Positions 22,745-36,714 of a stretch of DNA of 64,000 nt are shown in pieces. The first letter of the stretch is position 1. Each line of letters opens with the position of its first letter. The position numbers and the translations under genes are program-made. Under the pieces are notes generated by a model. The model saw only the letters and a list, made by a program, of their open reading frames with translations, made no database searches and was not told the DNA's origin. The stretch is taken from contig OX597815.1 in the NCBI GenBank assembly GCA_951406725.2, positions 13,454,001-13,518,000 of the forward strand. The letters run 5' to 3'. The DNA comes from Octopus vulgaris (Eukaryota).

Positions 22745-24577
22745 AACAGATTTGGATTACAAAATTAATGAAAATGAAAGTAATTTTTTGTGTATTTTCA
22801 AATATGAGGATGAAATAGAGTAAAATATTTGCTGCTATCCGAAAACTAACCTTAACATTATACTTTCTATTGTTTATACCAAAGGAAGAATTACGTAGCA
22901 GCAAAGAAAATACAAAATGTTTTGAATATATACGTATTATAGTACGCACGATCAAGGAAAAACAAAAATACTTCGATGAAATTACTCCAAAATTATTTAT
23001 TTTTACTCAGTTTTCTATATCAACACTGGTGTTATGCGAAGGTTTAATAAATATATCTGATATAATAGACTCTTCCTTTTAGCGCAGCTTATTTTCTTTT
23101 CCGTGCATTAGAACACATCACTTATAATATTATATAATAAAAATGTCGAATGAGTGAAGTCTGTACGACCTCAGTTATATTGCTATTTGTTATCTGATTT
23201 TATGTTCCTTCCCTCGGAGTTCAACTCACTTAAGACAACTTTTTTTCCATTCAAGGATAAGCGTAAGTCTAGGAAGAAGCACGAGATGCCTTGAAACATG
23301 TTTTGAATGTATGTGTTCTAATTTCTGAACCTACACTATGTCATTGGAAAATACATGGGATATTCCTTAAACAATTATTTCAACTGCTGAATGAATGTAG
23401 TGGCAGTTGTAGCAGCAGCAGCAGTAGTAATAGTGGTAGTAGTAGTAGTAGTAGTAGTAGTAAAAGTGGCGGTGGAACGTTATGTCAACGGAAATCCTAG
23501 TCTTATCCCAGGCCATAAATTTCGTCGACTCGATCGGTTGGTCATTTTTTTATTACTGAAGTTTATTTTGTATTCATATATATTTTTTTCCAAAATAATA
23601 TCAACACCATACTCCTAATAGGCAATTTTCAGCACTATATAGCACTATATAGAAGCTGTATGTTTTGAATAACTGTGTAAAAAAGTAAACAATGGAAAAA
23701 TCATGTGTAATGTTATTTGAAAACATGACTGCTATGAATAAAATACTGATACGTATCTTTTTCAGTCGTTATCGTAATGTTAAGTGTATTAAATAAAACA
23801 TTATTAAGTTGGTTTATGAATGAGTTATGATTCTCCTGAGAGTATAATTACATTAAATAACATCGCTTGCCGAGAACAAAAAAGAAGATCAGCAACAAGG
23901 TAAAATACATGAAGTAAAAATATTGAAGAAAATGTATGCTTTCTTGTTTGCACAGCAATATCTGTTGTCAAACTTGAGCAGACATTCCGAAAGAAAAATG
24001 GAAGCTACAAGATGGTTGGAGAAGAGAAGATATTTTTCTTTTACATTTTATACGTAATGTTCGACGTTTTTTTTTTTTTTTATAAATCTGAGAAAGAGAT
24101 AAATATCCAACAGTTAACTCCGATGTCTCTAATGTCAATAGAATAAGACACATATTTAGTGTACTGGAGATAGTTTATTTCACGAATGTAATTCTTATTA
24201 GTTGCACGCTTAACGATAAAATCCTCCTAAATCATAACAGAAGATGAAGTACAAAGGTGGAAACATGCACATGCAAACACCTGCAGACACACAGACGCAC
24301 ATATACACATATATAAAATGTGTATCTGTGTGTGAATTATGTATGTGCGTTAAGAGCTTGCGTAATTTAACATAAAATATACAAGGCGCTATTTCGTTCA
24401 TACTGTCATAAGAATTCTCAGTGCGTGTTGATTTTATTTTTTTAAATAATGCATGATCAGTCTTTTATGACGTTTGGTATAACACCACGTAATGTTTGAG
24501 TTACTATATATGTGTGTATATGCGTGTCCGTGTTTACTTAAATATGTATGTGTATATTTATATATTATTTCATATTT

Positions 24578-24612
<35 letters not shown>

Positions 24613-24678
24613 TATATATTATGGTATATTATAGGACATTATAATATATTATATTCTCTTTCTCTCGCTATCTTTATA

Positions 24679-24730
<52 letters not shown>

Positions 24731-24904
24731 GACACCTGTTTCTCCTGCCAGCTAGTTGTGCAGTATCTAATAACATGTGTACAAGTTTGGCTCGGCTTAA
24801 AAGTCATCTAAAGGCATCACATGGCCTCAGTAATGAGTCATTTTAGTGACACTTCTTGGCAATGGCTGTTTTCGTGTAACGAAAGTGCAGCTATGATGTA
24901 CATT

Positions 24905-24973
<69 letters not shown>

Positions 24974-25226
24974 ATGACAAAAATACGTATTGAGAAAACG
25001 ATATCTCTGATTGTAGAATTCGCCGTACTAAGCCGCCAATCGTTTATGTTAAATTGACGTGTTTAGATACAAAATATCATTCAAATTGATATATTAATAA
25101 AATATGTCAACGTTTTCAAGGCGATCCAAATTTAATTAAATTCAAATGAACTAAAACAAATATTTCCAGTATTTTTAAACTCTCCTTTTTCTTCTCATAT
25201 CTATCTATTTGTCTGTCTGTCTGTCC

Positions 25227-25278
<52 letters not shown>

Positions 25279-25312
25279 GTACATATATTTATATATATAT
25301 ATATATATATAA

Positions 25313-28252
25313 ATGGAAGGTCCAATTCATTGAAGACTGGGTTGGTAAGAATCCACACAACATCCATTTTTTCATTCTCACTGAGACCCACCTTGACAAC
25401 TCCCACTTGGAAGCCGAAGTGAGAGTGAAGAATTTCACAACCATCTGCCATTTTCCTGCATGATTCGTTTACGGCAGATGGAAATAGCATATTCTGCAAC
25501 GGCTACTGTGAATCAGTCACCGTGAACAACAGAGCCAATGACCTGACAGTAGTTGGGCTCTATAGGCCACCCCAAACACCCATAATGCGCTTTAAAGAAT
25601 GCCTCAACAGCATTAAGTGCTTTATTCAACAGTGCCATTCTAGCAACCTACTCATGATGGAAGACTTCAATCTACCCTGTGTTGACTGGACTACAAACTG
25701 TTTGAAACCAAGCACTCCCGCCTCAACCGCTGACAAAGAAGCAGCAGAGTCACTTTTCGACTTTACGAATGAGTTTTTCTTGTCCCAACTTGTCCTTACA
25801 CCAACAAGACATCAGAAGAACATTTTGGACATAGTGTTTATTAACCACACTAACACTATACATAACATTACAGTGGAATAAAACCTTGTTTCAGATCATG
25901 ACATGTCTCTCTGTAACATGAAATTCCACCAGCCGAAAGCTAATCCTAGTGATCTCCCTCCAGCCAACCCATTTGATAACATGGATCTCCCTAATGCCAA
26001 CTGGGATGCAATCAAGAACGAGCTATCACATGTTGACTGGTCCTTTACACATACACACATCTCCTCCAACAATAAAACATCTTGGCAGATCTTTGTAGAC
26101 ACCGTCACAAACATATGTGCAAAACACTCCCCACCAAGACCTGTGAACAAAAAGTGCAGAATCCCCCAAAACAGAAAAAAAACTATTATCAGAAAAATAA
26201 AAAGAACAAACAAAAAAATTAACAAACTAAAATACTGCCAACAGCAACACACACATTCGACGGCTATCGCACTGCTTGAATCCAAAAAATATAACCTCCA
26301 ACATTGCATGAAGACCCTCATCAATAACCAAAGATCAGTTGAGGAGAAGTGGGCCATTGAAAAAATCAAACTCAACCCCAAAGTGTTCTTTTCATTTGCG
26401 AGGAAACACAGGGTCACTGTCTCCACTGTTGGCCCTCTAATTGATGAAAATGGCACTCTCCAAGATAATGCCAAATCCATGGCCGAGATACTGCAGAAAA
26501 AATACTACTCTGTTTTCAGCAATCCTGATATGGCCGATCTGGGCTATATCAGTGATGTCAACCCCCAACACACTATATCGGACATAACGTTTGGTGCCCC
26601 TGATGTCTTAGCGGCGATAAACGAAATAAAAGACAATTCAGCAGTAGGCCCCGATAGGTTCCCTGCTTGTGTCCTGAAGGTGTGTCGATACCAACTTGCA
26701 TCTCCCTTTGCTAATCTGTGGAGAAACTCACTGAATGCTGGCTATATTCCTAAAAACTTTCTGTCCCAGTTTTCAAAAAGGGAAACAAATCCCTTGCAGT
26801 GAACTACCGTCCGATCTCACTCACCTCTCATATCATCAAGGTATTTGAGAGGGTGGTGAGATCTCGAATAATCCAATTTCTGGAAAGCAGCAGACGGCTG
26901 ACCTCTAACCAACATGCGTTCCGTAATGGAAGGGACTGCCTAACGCAGCTCCTGCATCACTTTGATAACATTTTGAGAGCTTTGGGAGAGGGCTCCAACA
27001 CCGATGTCATCTACCTTGATTTCAGCAAGGCCTTCAACAGGGTTGATCAGAAGATCCTATTGAAAACACTATCCAACATTGGTGTCTCTGGAAAGTTACT
27101 GAAATGGATCAAGTGTTTCCTGACAGACAGATCTCAACATGTTGTAGTTGAAGGAGTAAAATCAAGCCCAGCCAAAGTTAGTAGTGGCGTTCCGCAAGGC
27201 ACTGTGCTGGGCCCACTTCTTTTCATCATTTACATTAATGACATTAATGACATCATCAAGCACAGCAACATAAAAATCTTTGCAGATGATTCCAAGCTAC
27301 AGAAGGTCATAAATGAGGCGAGTGACCGGACATGCCTTCAGTCAGATCTACTGGCTGTTATCCAATGGGCAGAAAAGAAAAAATGTGCAGCTGAACGAGG
27401 ATAAATTCGAGTTAATCCACTTTGGAAAAGAGGATGCCCTTAAACTCCCATACTCCCTTCATTCAGGTGAACTTCTCGTGGCATCCAACAACATCAGAGA
27501 CTTGGAAATAATTGTGGACAACAACATAAGCTGGGCCACTCATATAAACACCAAAGTTGACATGGCCCGCAGAACGTGTTCCTGGATTCTCAGAACTTTC
27601 CAGTCGAGAGATATCCATACCATTATCCTTCACTTCTCCACTTTCGCCCGACCCCACCTTGAATACTGTTGTCCACTGTGGTCTCCCCACACAAAACAAA
27701 TTATCGTAAAAGTTGAAGCACCTCAAAGGTCAATCACGAAAAAGATAGATGGCATGACGGGCCTCGACTATTGTGGTCGACTAAAAAAGCTAACACTTAA
27801 TTCTCTCCAACGTCGCCGTGAGCGCTACATCATCTGCATGATGTGGAAAATATTCATCAGCATTGCCCAAATGATGTTGGCATCACCTTCAAGGTACATC
27901 CAAGGCTTGGGCCCCGTGCCATCCGCCCACAACAAAAATCGCACTCTCATCTCATAACAACAATACGGCACAATTATTTCACCTCAATTGGCCCCGCTCT
28001 CTTTAACATTACACCAAAACACATTAAAACAGAAACAGACCCTATAGGGTTCAAGAAGTCTTTGGACAGATTCCTTCAAGAAATCCCGGATAAACCTCCT
28101 ACACCCGGATATGTCTCTGTAAACAATAACTCTCTACTTGAGTGGGCCATAGTGCCCAAATTCTGACTTGAAAGACTTCACCAGGTGGTGCTATTAAGTT
28201 AGACATGGCCTGGGCCAATAATGGCCGAAACCTATCAAAGTATCAAAGAATC

Positions 28253-28255
<3 letters not shown>
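25313..28255 (+). mobile_element. 5'-truncated CR1-group LINE (APE plus RT ORF2) with few lesions
   Basis: APE words LTETHL, LYRPP, DFNLP, ILDIVF, SDHD. RT words NYRPISLTS, YLDFSKAF, GVPQGTVLGPLLF, FADD. C-terminal RPHLEYCCPLWSP and LQRRRER. One stop at 25879, frameshifts near 26770, 27385 and 27850. Tail (tatcaaag)n; TA runs on both sides. Confidence 0.95.
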
Positions 28256-28292
<37 letters not shown>

Positions 28293-28297
28293 TATAT

Positions 28298-28495
28298 GAT
28301 GGAGGAGTTCAGTGTAATCCATGGGCAGGATAGGTGCAGCTGAATTGTACGAGAGTAGAAAGTCGAGGTAAAGAATCGTAAAAGTCCGTTGGGTGATGAG
28401 AGGAAACAGGATCAACTGTTGCGACCACGTGAGCGTGTAATATATGGGGAGAATCCACACTACCTGTTTTCGTCCTTTGATTTTTGGGACATTCT

Positions 28496-28500
<5 letters not shown>
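28298..28500 (+). repeat. TA-flanked short element with GAGCG motif and T-rich end
   Basis: Bounded by (TA)n; gtgagcgtgtaata resembles the motif downstream of several hammerheads. Confidence 0.35.
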
Positions 28501-28535
<35 letters not shown>

Positions 28536-28833
28536 GTTGTAGGAATTACTAATATTGTTATACACTTACGACGTGACGAATTCAATAGCCTAGTTACTAT
28601 GAGACATGTACGTGGAGTACAAGAGTACGTAGTAGGCTGCCCGAGATTGTTATGTCTTTACTGGGTTGACAAAGTATACTTTATACCGAAGTCACGATGA
28701 GGTTTTAAACATCTCATAAGGAATTAATAAACTCGATGTGGATAAACCAATTCACATTGGGTTATTAGAAATTGGAAGAGGAGTTGACAAATTCACAAAG
28801 TTTGTGCACGAATTTTACGAAAAATCATAAAAG

Positions 28834-29800
28834 TATGGAACACTTGTTGGCAAATTTGCTCGACTTTCAAAAACAGCAACAACAGCTGAGAGAACATCAA
28901 CAAAATCAGATACAACGGCAAATACAACAGCAGAAGCAACAACAAAAATAATATTAAAGCAACAAATGCTGCAATTACTGAAATCATCAGAAAAGTCAGA
29001 AAAAGTGTTTTCGCCATAACAGTGTACAAATAGTTTTCGCACGTGGAGATATATGCCTGGGGGGAAAATTGTCCATTGAAGTTAAGATTAATAAAGTAAT
29101 CTTATTAGCTCTTTTCTGTCGATATGTGTGTAAGGAAAAAGAAACACACACAGGCTGGTTCATTGCAAGAATTGTCTGTTTTTATAGAATCTGAAACTAA
29201 TAAAATTTAAGAAGTCTAAAATGCAATATGGACATAATGTTGAGACGGTAAGAAACCAAATAAATTTAACGAAGTATCTTGTTGAATTTAAATTAGTAAG
29301 ACGTGCACTATAAAACTGCAGCCCGCTAGTTGGAAAGGAAGCAATGCCCCTGAATAAACGAAGTGTAGTAAATAAAAACAAAATTAGAATGGTGTAAGTG
29401 TAGGCAATTGTAATCGACAGAAGAAGGATGTGATGCAAATCCCTGTGGAAGAGACTGTTTTTCGGCGTAGTCAGGTAAGAAAGAAACTGAGTGCATTTTA
29501 ATAATTAGGTAGTATCCAGAGTAGTCTACATCAGCGTCAAAGGTAAATAAGCAAGTATTAAGTGAAGAAACGAAAACAAAATAGAAAATGGCTTCGAACA
29601 AAATCCCAATTATGTTTTGAGAAAGAAACGTGGAAGAATTCATGTTTTTTTTTTCTGAGAGTTGCGTCGTAAATAACAGGAGAGAAGAAATCGAAAACGA
29701 TGGTTAAGTGGAATAATTCTTCTAGATTGCAGCAAAGACTGCATGATAAATAGAACAGAACAGACAAAGCAAGTTTTGTAGTTTTATGTTTAGCAAACAA
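28834..29800 (+). pseudogene. Possible decayed Gypsy-like gag remnant
   Basis: MEHLLANLLDFQKQQQQLREHQQNQIQRQIQQQ (Q-rich N-terminus) then stops; only faint downstream similarity. Confidence 0.3.
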
Positions 29801-30057
29801 AAAATTCTAAGCAAAGTAAGTGTTACATGGAAAGTTTTCTGAAATTGCAATTCCGTATTATATGTATGTCCTTGTGTCTAAGTGTTACGTCTGTGGAAGT
29901 CTGCGTGTGTGTTTGTGTGCGTGTGTGTTTTTGTTTGTGCGGGTGTTTATGTGTGCGTATACGCTGTTGAGTAGGTGAGTAAGCGCATGACTGCGTTGAA
30001 GGGAATTGTGATTGAAACAGTATACTACTGTGTTGATAGATCGAACACAGCTTATCA

Positions 30058-30473
30058 TTTTGTTTATTACCTACAAGGGGCTAAACATAGAGAGGACAAA
30101 CAAGAACAAGCAAACGGATTAAGTCGATTACATCGACCCCAGTGCATAACTGGTACTTAATTTATCGACGCCGAAAGGATGAAAGGCAAAGTCGACCTCG
30201 GCGGAATTTGAACTCAGAACGTAACGGCAGACGAAATACCTATTTCTTTACTACCCACAAGGGGCTAAACATAGAGGGGACAAACAAGGACAGACATAGG
30301 TATTAAGTCGATTACATCGACCACAGTGCGTAACTGGTACTTCATTTATCGACCCCGAAAGGATGAAAGGCAAAGTCGACCTCGGCGGAATTTGAACTCA
30401 GAACGTAACGGCAGACGAAATACCGCTAAGCATTTCACCCGGCGTGCTAACGATTCTGCCAGCTGGCCGACCT
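30058..30473 (-). mobile_element. SINE family A tandem inside one 14-bp target-site duplication
   Basis: aacacagcttatca at 30044 and 30474; internal period about 183 bp. Confidence 0.93.
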
Positions 30474-31265
30474 AACACAGCTTATCAACCTACGTGTATA
30501 CTAAAGAAGCATAAAGTTTGAGGTGGATTCAGTAAAAGAATTTCAGTGTGTTGACTGTATGAGTTTGATTAGGATGTGTATAAGATTCTGTGCGCTCGTT
30601 TATTGTTGTTTGTTCTTAAGACATAGACCACTTTGTTCAGAATCTGAAGCGCGTAGAATGGAGTATATTGAAAATCAATTTTTCTTGGCAATGCAGTCAA
30701 GAGTTCTAGTAAAAAAGATCGAAATCGATGTAGGTGGGGCCAAAAGAACTGTAAATGCAAGATTGGAGACTAAGTAAGTGGAGTTGTTGCGTGAGACGTC
30801 TCTTTTTATTCGCCCAAAATGATCAGCTAATCACCGATCAGCGTGACGGATACACAGCAGGTAATACAATGATATTCATTTTCAATTGAAGATGTTTGGT
30901 GAGACGGGCTGAAGATACAGATAGCCTTTGACATGGGGAGATGAGCTGGATTCATATAGCAGTGGGAGGGACGAAATGGCAGGTATATATTTATATATCT
31001 GTTATTAAGCATTTAAAAATTAAAATTAAAAATTGAAAAGAACTAAAATATTGAAAAGTCAAATAAGGTTGTTAGAAATTATCTAAGGGTTTTTTGTTAT
31101 ATATTGATTAGATTCCATTTAGATTTGTGGTAAAATTTTTATTTTTACCTTTATATTTTTACTTTTATTTTCTTATTTCCCTTTATACATCCCCTATCCA
31201 TCCTTTCCCAAAATAACTACTTATATTGAACGCTACTATTCCCCTCGAGTTAACTCTTTCATATC

Positions 31266-31312
31266 GTCTCTGAGGAAGGAATTTCCACACATCCCAGAAA
31301 CAGCTGTAAGAC
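31266..31312 (+). ncRNA. Minimal type I hammerhead ribozyme, canonical core, imperfect stem II
   Basis: GUCU CUGAGGA aggaauuuccacacauccca GAAA CAGCUG UA AGAC. Confidence 0.75.
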
Positions 31313-31513
31313 TATCTTTCTCTTTATAAATGTCCCATAAATTCCAGACAACATTGGTTTTGTTGTCATAATTTAGTGACCATATAGATGCTCACACAAG
31401 ACCCGCATTAGACTTCTCACTCATATTATTGTCGAACCGAGAGTCTAAACACGGCCCTTCCATCGCATTTACATAGCCTTATCTGCCATCTTAGGTCTTC
31501 TAGATGCAAACAC

Positions 31514-31562
<49 letters not shown>

Positions 31563-31569
31563 ACATATA

Positions 31570-31738
31570 TATTTCTTTACAACCCACAAAGGGCTAAACA
31601 CAGAGGGGACAAACAAGGATAGAGAAACAGATTAAGTCGACTACTTCGATCCCAGTGCGTAACTGGTACTTAATTTATCGACCCCGAAATGACGAAAGGC
31701 AAAGTTAACCTCCGCGGAATTTGAACTCAAAACGTAAT

Positions 31739-31741
<3 letters not shown>
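31570..31741 (-). mobile_element. SINE family A, headless unit
   Basis: Matches 30058-30240. Confidence 0.88.
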
Positions 31742-31826
<85 letters not shown>

Positions 31827-32149
31827 AGATACTACTGAACAACCCAGGCATTGGGAGTTTTCTGCATTAGTAAGTGTTGAAGGCTATTGCACGAAATTCT
31901 CGGGCCGTATGTAACTCTGTAACTTCTGACGTTTACTAATAAATTATTTCTAATTTTGCCAAAAGTTTTGCCAAACCATTTGGCTGGTGTGCTAAAAATT
32001 CTATCAGCACACTACCTTTTCCCTATTATTGATGATTCTGTGTGTGTGTGTGTGTGTGAGTGTATGCGTGAGTGTATGTGTGTATTCATACTTTCAGTTC
32101 TCTCTCCGTGTTTGTATTACCAAACCATGCCATGGATATTATATAGAGT

Positions 32150-33300
32150 ACTATTCGTTTTTACCAAAGGGGTTTGCAGCGGCCGTTAGTCTTTGTAAGC
32201 TATATACTTTTATGACTTATCCAAAATATATTTTTTCCTCCACAATTTTCAAATGTATTTCGATGCTATGCCTACTATTTATCGCTTATTCTCCCACTAA
32301 TTCTTAACAATCTCCTAAGATACTGAATTTTGAAACCCTGTATTTTCTAACTATTTTTTGAAGTCTCTTATTCAGGTCTGTACGGCACTATTCGAAATAT
32401 ATGTGTGCAAAACTTTAAACTTTTTTTTATCTTCTGATGGATTTTTGCATTGACGTTTAAAAAGGTAGCAGCAGATACATCTTTTGAAATTCTGTTTATT
32501 TTCTCTTTACTGTCGCAACATTGATTGTAATCATACTTCCAGGATCAGAAAATTCCTGCTCCACTTTGACAGTTTGATTATCAATTATTACAAAGCTGTC
32601 ATGATCATATGCTCCCGAGATAATCATTGATTCAGTTCTGTCAAAATTGATAAATAAACCATATTCTTCACGTTTTTTTTTTTCTTTATTTCACTTTCTT
32701 TAACAAAATCCGTTCTTTTATATTCCCATCTGTAAAGACAATATGATCAGCATATCTGAGATTACCAACCTTTCTTCTACCGATTTTAACTGTACTTTAA
32801 ATTTATAACACTTCCGTCATCGCATTTTCTGCATAAAGGTTAAACAAAGAAAGAGACGGTATACCCATGTCTAGTTAAAATGTTTATATATGCAAGAAGT
32901 AATTTTTCACCGTGCTCTAGTTTTCTTAATAATCACTATCTTATATTAAAAGCAGCATCCCTTTTAGTTTCCCTTTCTAACATCCATTTTATATGTGGCA
33001 TTCTATACTGAGGAGAATACTAACAGCCTAATGCTATACTGCAATATTTTGGTGTTCTTATACAGAACGTTGTTAAATTTTTGCGGTCAACAGAACGAAA
33101 TTTGATTTAATCTAATTAATCAACAATAATTTTAATTTTTCCTCTTTGTGCAGTTCTGTAAATGTTACACCAAAGATTTTAAAGGTTTACCTGAAAGCCG
33201 TGCCTTTACGCTGATTTACAGAATTTGTATAGATTCAATAAGATCTAGGGGGAAGTGTATTGAAATAAAGCAAGTAGTACATATAGTCAGAGTATTATTG
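32150..33300 (-). pseudogene. Decayed RTE-clade RT remnant
   Basis: Minus-strand LFNLYAENAM (about 32830), NLRYADHIV (about 32750) and DYLGS (about 32615) in the expected order. Boundaries approximate. Confidence 0.7.
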
Positions 33301-34284
33301 AGGATATTAAACATTTCCTTCAACGCTTCACCGTGACCGTATTTCCATATCGTGTTTTTTTAAAATCATAATCGTAAGTTGCATTCACCAGACTCCAAGA
33401 TTCAGTGTCTGTCTTGGCTGCGTACGTAAGTGCGCTGGGGTTATTTTGTTTCCTAATACTTAAAGTAATCCTCTTGGTATATGGTATGTGGAATTATATA
33501 TGTGAGGGCGAATATGCAAGTTGATTATATTCATTAAAAAAAAATTTTAATGACTACGGAAAATACTAAATGTTTATAGATAGTTGCCATTTGTTAGTCA
33601 TCGGGGTACTGTGCCATTGAATATGGTTGTATTCCTTGTACAGTGAAGTGCAGTGCAGTACGATTTTTAAATATATATATAAATCAATGCGAGGGCTAGA
33701 TTTATACTTAGTAAAATTGGAAATGTTAGGCCTGTACTGAAAATTAACTATTACTATGTATTGGAGATGCTGAACGAAGAAGATAAAGCATGGTTGCATG
33801 ACTTGAAAGGAAGGCTACTGAATCACTCCAAATGATATCTTACTGTTTTTAAATCTAATAACAAATGAATAATTTTGAGCTAGATATTATATATCTGAAT
33901 AATTGATTGAATGGCTTATATGCCTAAGTTTTGTCTCTGTAAGTCTGTTTTGTATTTTAAAAGAATATATGGTATCCCATTCACAATTAAATAATGTATG
34001 TTATCAGTAATGTTACAAATAAGTCGCAATCGATCATACTTTCTTGGAGAAGTGAAATTTCTTAAGAAAATATAAAACAGCACCTCAGTTAGAAGTGCTA
34101 AATTATTATAACAATATTTCTCAAGAATCTTCCCTTAATTTTGACCCGAAACATGTTTAAATATAATTCATTTTAGAGCAAATATTTATCATTGATACAG
34201 CATACGACACGCTTGGTTTAGAGAAGTCTCAAACCAAAAATTTACTCAATATAGCCTCTTGTTTTTGTTGTTGCCGTTGTCAGT

Positions 34285-34403
34285 GATGGTGGTGGTTTTG
34301 GCGTTGCTGTGGTGGTGGGGGTTATGGCTGTGGTGGTAGTGATGGTGGTGGTGGTGGTAGTGGTGGTGGTGGTGGTGGTGGTGGTGGTGGTGGTGGTGGT
34401 GGT
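34285..34403. repeat. (GGT)n microsatellite
   Basis: Read directly. Confidence 0.9.
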
Positions 34404-36302
34404 TAGGACAGCAAATTGGTGGAATTCTTTGAAATTTCGGAGATTTCCTTAGCTACTTACCTTCTTGCTTTCAATCTTACCGTCGTCAATCTTCCTTTGA
34501 ACCATCCGTGAACAATCAAATAAAGAACCTACCTAGTACCGTAGTCGATTTCATGGATTTCTCGCCAACTACAAAAGTATGTTTCTGGTCTTGAGATTAT
34601 GTAATAGATCATCATGCCCATCCTGAGTAAGAAAGCCTATGTGCAAAGTATTTCAAGGTATTATCCCCATTTTTCCTTTCAGACTTAGCTTACCTTGAAC
34701 CGTACTCTCTGACGTATCTCTTCTCTTGCAAAAATAATTTTCCGTTCAAGCTGGTAGCCGATATGTTCAGTGACAGAAAAAAATGATGTCATACAAATTA
34801 TTCCTATTTATGTAAATATTGTTATATGACAGCTGTTGTCTGAAATTGAGCAGGACATATTCAATGTTTTTGCTAAGTCAAAAACTCTGAGAGTATTTTA
34901 TGAACCCTCATAGTGATCTTTGCAATAGCTCTGACGCAGTTAGAAATGTTGTTTTCAGCTATTCAAACGCAATGCGATTACTGAAAGTTTGTGTCTGATA
35001 ATGTTTGATGTAAATCACTTAATGTTGGTTTCTGTACAAGAAAAATATTATTTCTTTATTAAAGAAAGTCCTAGTATTAAGACACATTTATATAAAGTGA
35101 TATTTGCCTGAATGTTATCTACCATTTATAATCAATCTGAAATGTTAACAAGGCCATACATAAATCAACATATTTTTATCAGTATTAAAACTATTGGTTT
35201 CAACCTTACATTATATAACTGAAGATATGCTAACATATGTGTTTTGTATAGATGTGCGGTAGAAAAAAAAATTGCTGAACAATTTCATAGCATTAAAATG
35301 GGGGCAAAACATATCGGAACATATTCCTTAAATATCAAATGGAACTATGTACAGAAACAACGGAAAGCAATCATCGGAGAAATTTCGGCGCTAAAAAAGA
35401 AAAGAACCGATTTCTTGTAATATTCTCAGAAGTTTCCCCCAATTGATGTTTATAATAAAGACTGAATCTATTAACCTTTATCTCAAAAATGATATGAAAT
35501 CTTTCATAGTAAATCTTCGAACAAAGGAAATTGAGATCAATACAGCAAATTACATTTAAATCAAATGTATTCTTCTTTATGAAGAAAAGTAGGATTGCTC
35601 CTTTAGCCATTGATGGCTTTTAATGGAAATAATAACAACAATTATAATGTGGTTCAATAAATCGAGTCGATTCTATGCACGCAATATTGTTCGTTAACAC
35701 TGATATATCTACCGTCAAGTATATCAGTTCAACGTCTATAGCAATTATATTTTAACTTATACTCAGCAACAACCTTACACGTATTCTAAAAGACAGTAGT
35801 ATCGGCTAGTATGACACTGGAATATATATCAACTTCCAGTTTACAAAGCGTACACTTTCTTGTGTCATCCTTTAGGAACTTGGCATCAAGATTTGTATGA
35901 CTACATTATACATGGATATTGGGCCATATACATATAATCAATAACATTTCTAAACGCATCGTTCTCCAATCTCCAAATTTATAGGTATGTATATACTATG
36001 AATACTTTTCTGGCTCTAAGTAAAAATATGAACACTTAGTAACATACGTATGTCCCATGCTATCTCTAAATTGTTGTTTGTTTGAAAACAGATATAAATA
36101 ACTGTTAAGACAAAAGGAAATCAAAATGTTTCCTCTTTTGAAATTAATGACTGAATTGTTTCATACAATTCATTCATGTTGACATGTATGGTTGATATTC
36201 TAGAACATAAATTTTAGCAAGCATTTTGAGTCTTATTATTTCTTGTATTCCAGGGTAGTGGCTAACCAGAATCATTAGAGAACAGGAAAATATATTTCTC
36301 AC

Positions 36303-36345
<43 letters not shown>

Positions 36346-36414
36346 ATATATTTTTTTTTCCCCGCTTGTTTCAGCTTAGAGCTGTGGCCATCTCTTTCAC
36401 TCTTTTACTCTCTC

Positions 36415-36668
36415 TTTTACTTGTTTTAGTCATTTCGACTGCATCCATGCTGAAGCACCGCCTTTAGTCGAGCAAATTGACCCCAGAGCTTATTTTTTGT
36501 AAGCCTAGTACTTATTTTATCGGTCTATTTTGCCGAACCGCTAAGTTACGGGGACGTAAAAAGACCAGCATCGGTTGTCAAGAGATGTTGGTCTGTTTAC
36601 GTCCCCGTAACTTAGCGCTTTGGCAAAAGGGGGCGATAAAATACACATACACACAACATATACACACG

Positions 36669-36714
<46 letters not shown>

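Noticed and set aside
25116-26480. Minus-strand ORFs of 127 and 194 aa
   Set aside because: Antisense shadows of the CR1 ORF2 and a microsatellite.
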